Shown piece by piece: positions 63,109 to 64,000 of a stretch of DNA of 64,000 nucleotides. A model generated the notes under the pieces. That model made no database searches, had not been told where the DNA came from, and saw only the letters and a list, made by a program, of their open reading frames with translations. Each line of letters starts with the position of its first letter. Position 1 is the stretch's first letter. The stretch comes from Octopus sinensis. Taxonomy: Eukaryota. The stretch spans positions 47,926,001 to 47,990,000 of the forward strand of contig NC_043010.1 in NCBI RefSeq assembly GCF_006345805.1, in the 5' to 3' direction. Made by a program: the position numbers and the translations under genes.

Positions 63109-64000
63109 TATTGTATATATAACGTAATTTTATTTTTATCTCCTTAATATTTGAAATGTATAGGTCATGCTTAGTATGTCTATTTCAAAATCTGAGTTTT
63201 TGAAATTGCTTTTGTAATTAAAATATTTATGGTGTGTGTGTGTGTGTGTGTGTGTGTGAGTGTGTGTGTGTGAGAGAGAGAGAGAGAGCCTTTTACACCT
63301 ACCCTACAGCTATTTCATAGCTTTGAGATTTTGACAATGTGATTGTTTATTTTTAAAATGGCACTGTAGGGTAGGTGTAAAAGGCCAGATCTGACCAGTT
63401 TAAAGATAAAACAGGTAGAATGCTTCGGCCAGATATGGTCATTTTAAATGCTAAAGGGTTAAACCTGATTGAACCAATTACAAAGAGTGTAAATGACATG
63501 GAAAAGATGCTGTCTGACTGTCTGTCTCTCTCAATGACTTTAAAAAACTTAACACATGCTCTTTCATCATCATCATCAGAAAGAATTTCCTGCATTCAAT
63601 CCTGCAGCTTGAATTTGATGGTAAAACAGAATATGTTATTTTAAATTTCTGGAACTCATCATTAATATGCATCTTAAGCCTTTTGTTATCATATTTCTGT
63701 CAATATATTTTTTGTGTTCGTTTCAATTAATTTTGAAGATAATGAAGAATTTAGTAAAATAACTTTCTCGTTATTAATCTGGGGTCTAGGACAAATCAGC
63801 ATAAAATCTTGATGACAGATTATAATTTAGACCACTTTAAAACAGTAAGTTTATGTCATAGAACCTGGGGTGGTCACAGGTGGGTTGGTATCAAGGGTTA
63901 AACCAAACATTGATCAAACCTGCAGGTAAATACTAAAACTATAAGAAATTATTTCCCCAGATATGTACTTTCAAACATATCGGACCCTAATTAGTTGCCA

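Overview
Eukaryotic, AT-rich, repeat-dense genomic DNA. The SINE, RTE and microsatellite complement looks like an octopod cephalopod (Octopus-like); this is inferred from repeat style, not from a database search. Two minus-strand, intron-containing genes can be rebuilt by hand with consistent splice phases. (1) The 5' part of short/branched-chain acyl-CoA dehydrogenase (ACADSB): exons at 4013-4238, 2947-3047 and 119-325. The gene runs off the left edge and its first exon is uncertain (near 7214-7320). (2) A complete CACUL1 (CDK2-associated cullin domain 1): 9 coding exons from ATG 62075 to TGA 20389, 1119 nt = 372 aa, with a ~24 kb first coding intron. The rest is tRNA-derived SINEs (at least 3 families), RTE and CR1 LINE fragments, Helitron pieces, a mariner remnant, a piggyBac deletion derivative plus a piggyBac-type MITE family, two tRNA-Ser pseudogene copies, a 42-bp minisatellite and long (TA)n tracts. 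The best second-look items are: two short repeats carrying minimal hammerhead-ribozyme folds with a compensatory stem-I change (one bounded by a 12-bp TSD); a 29-bp G.U-tolerant hairpin just upstream of ACADSB; a Ser-body/Arg-anticodon tRNA pseudogene locally copied into a SINE; and a 21-mer to 42-mer higher-order repeat. No prokaryotic-type system (CRISPR etc.) is present. Most short ORFs in the supplied track are repeat artefacts.
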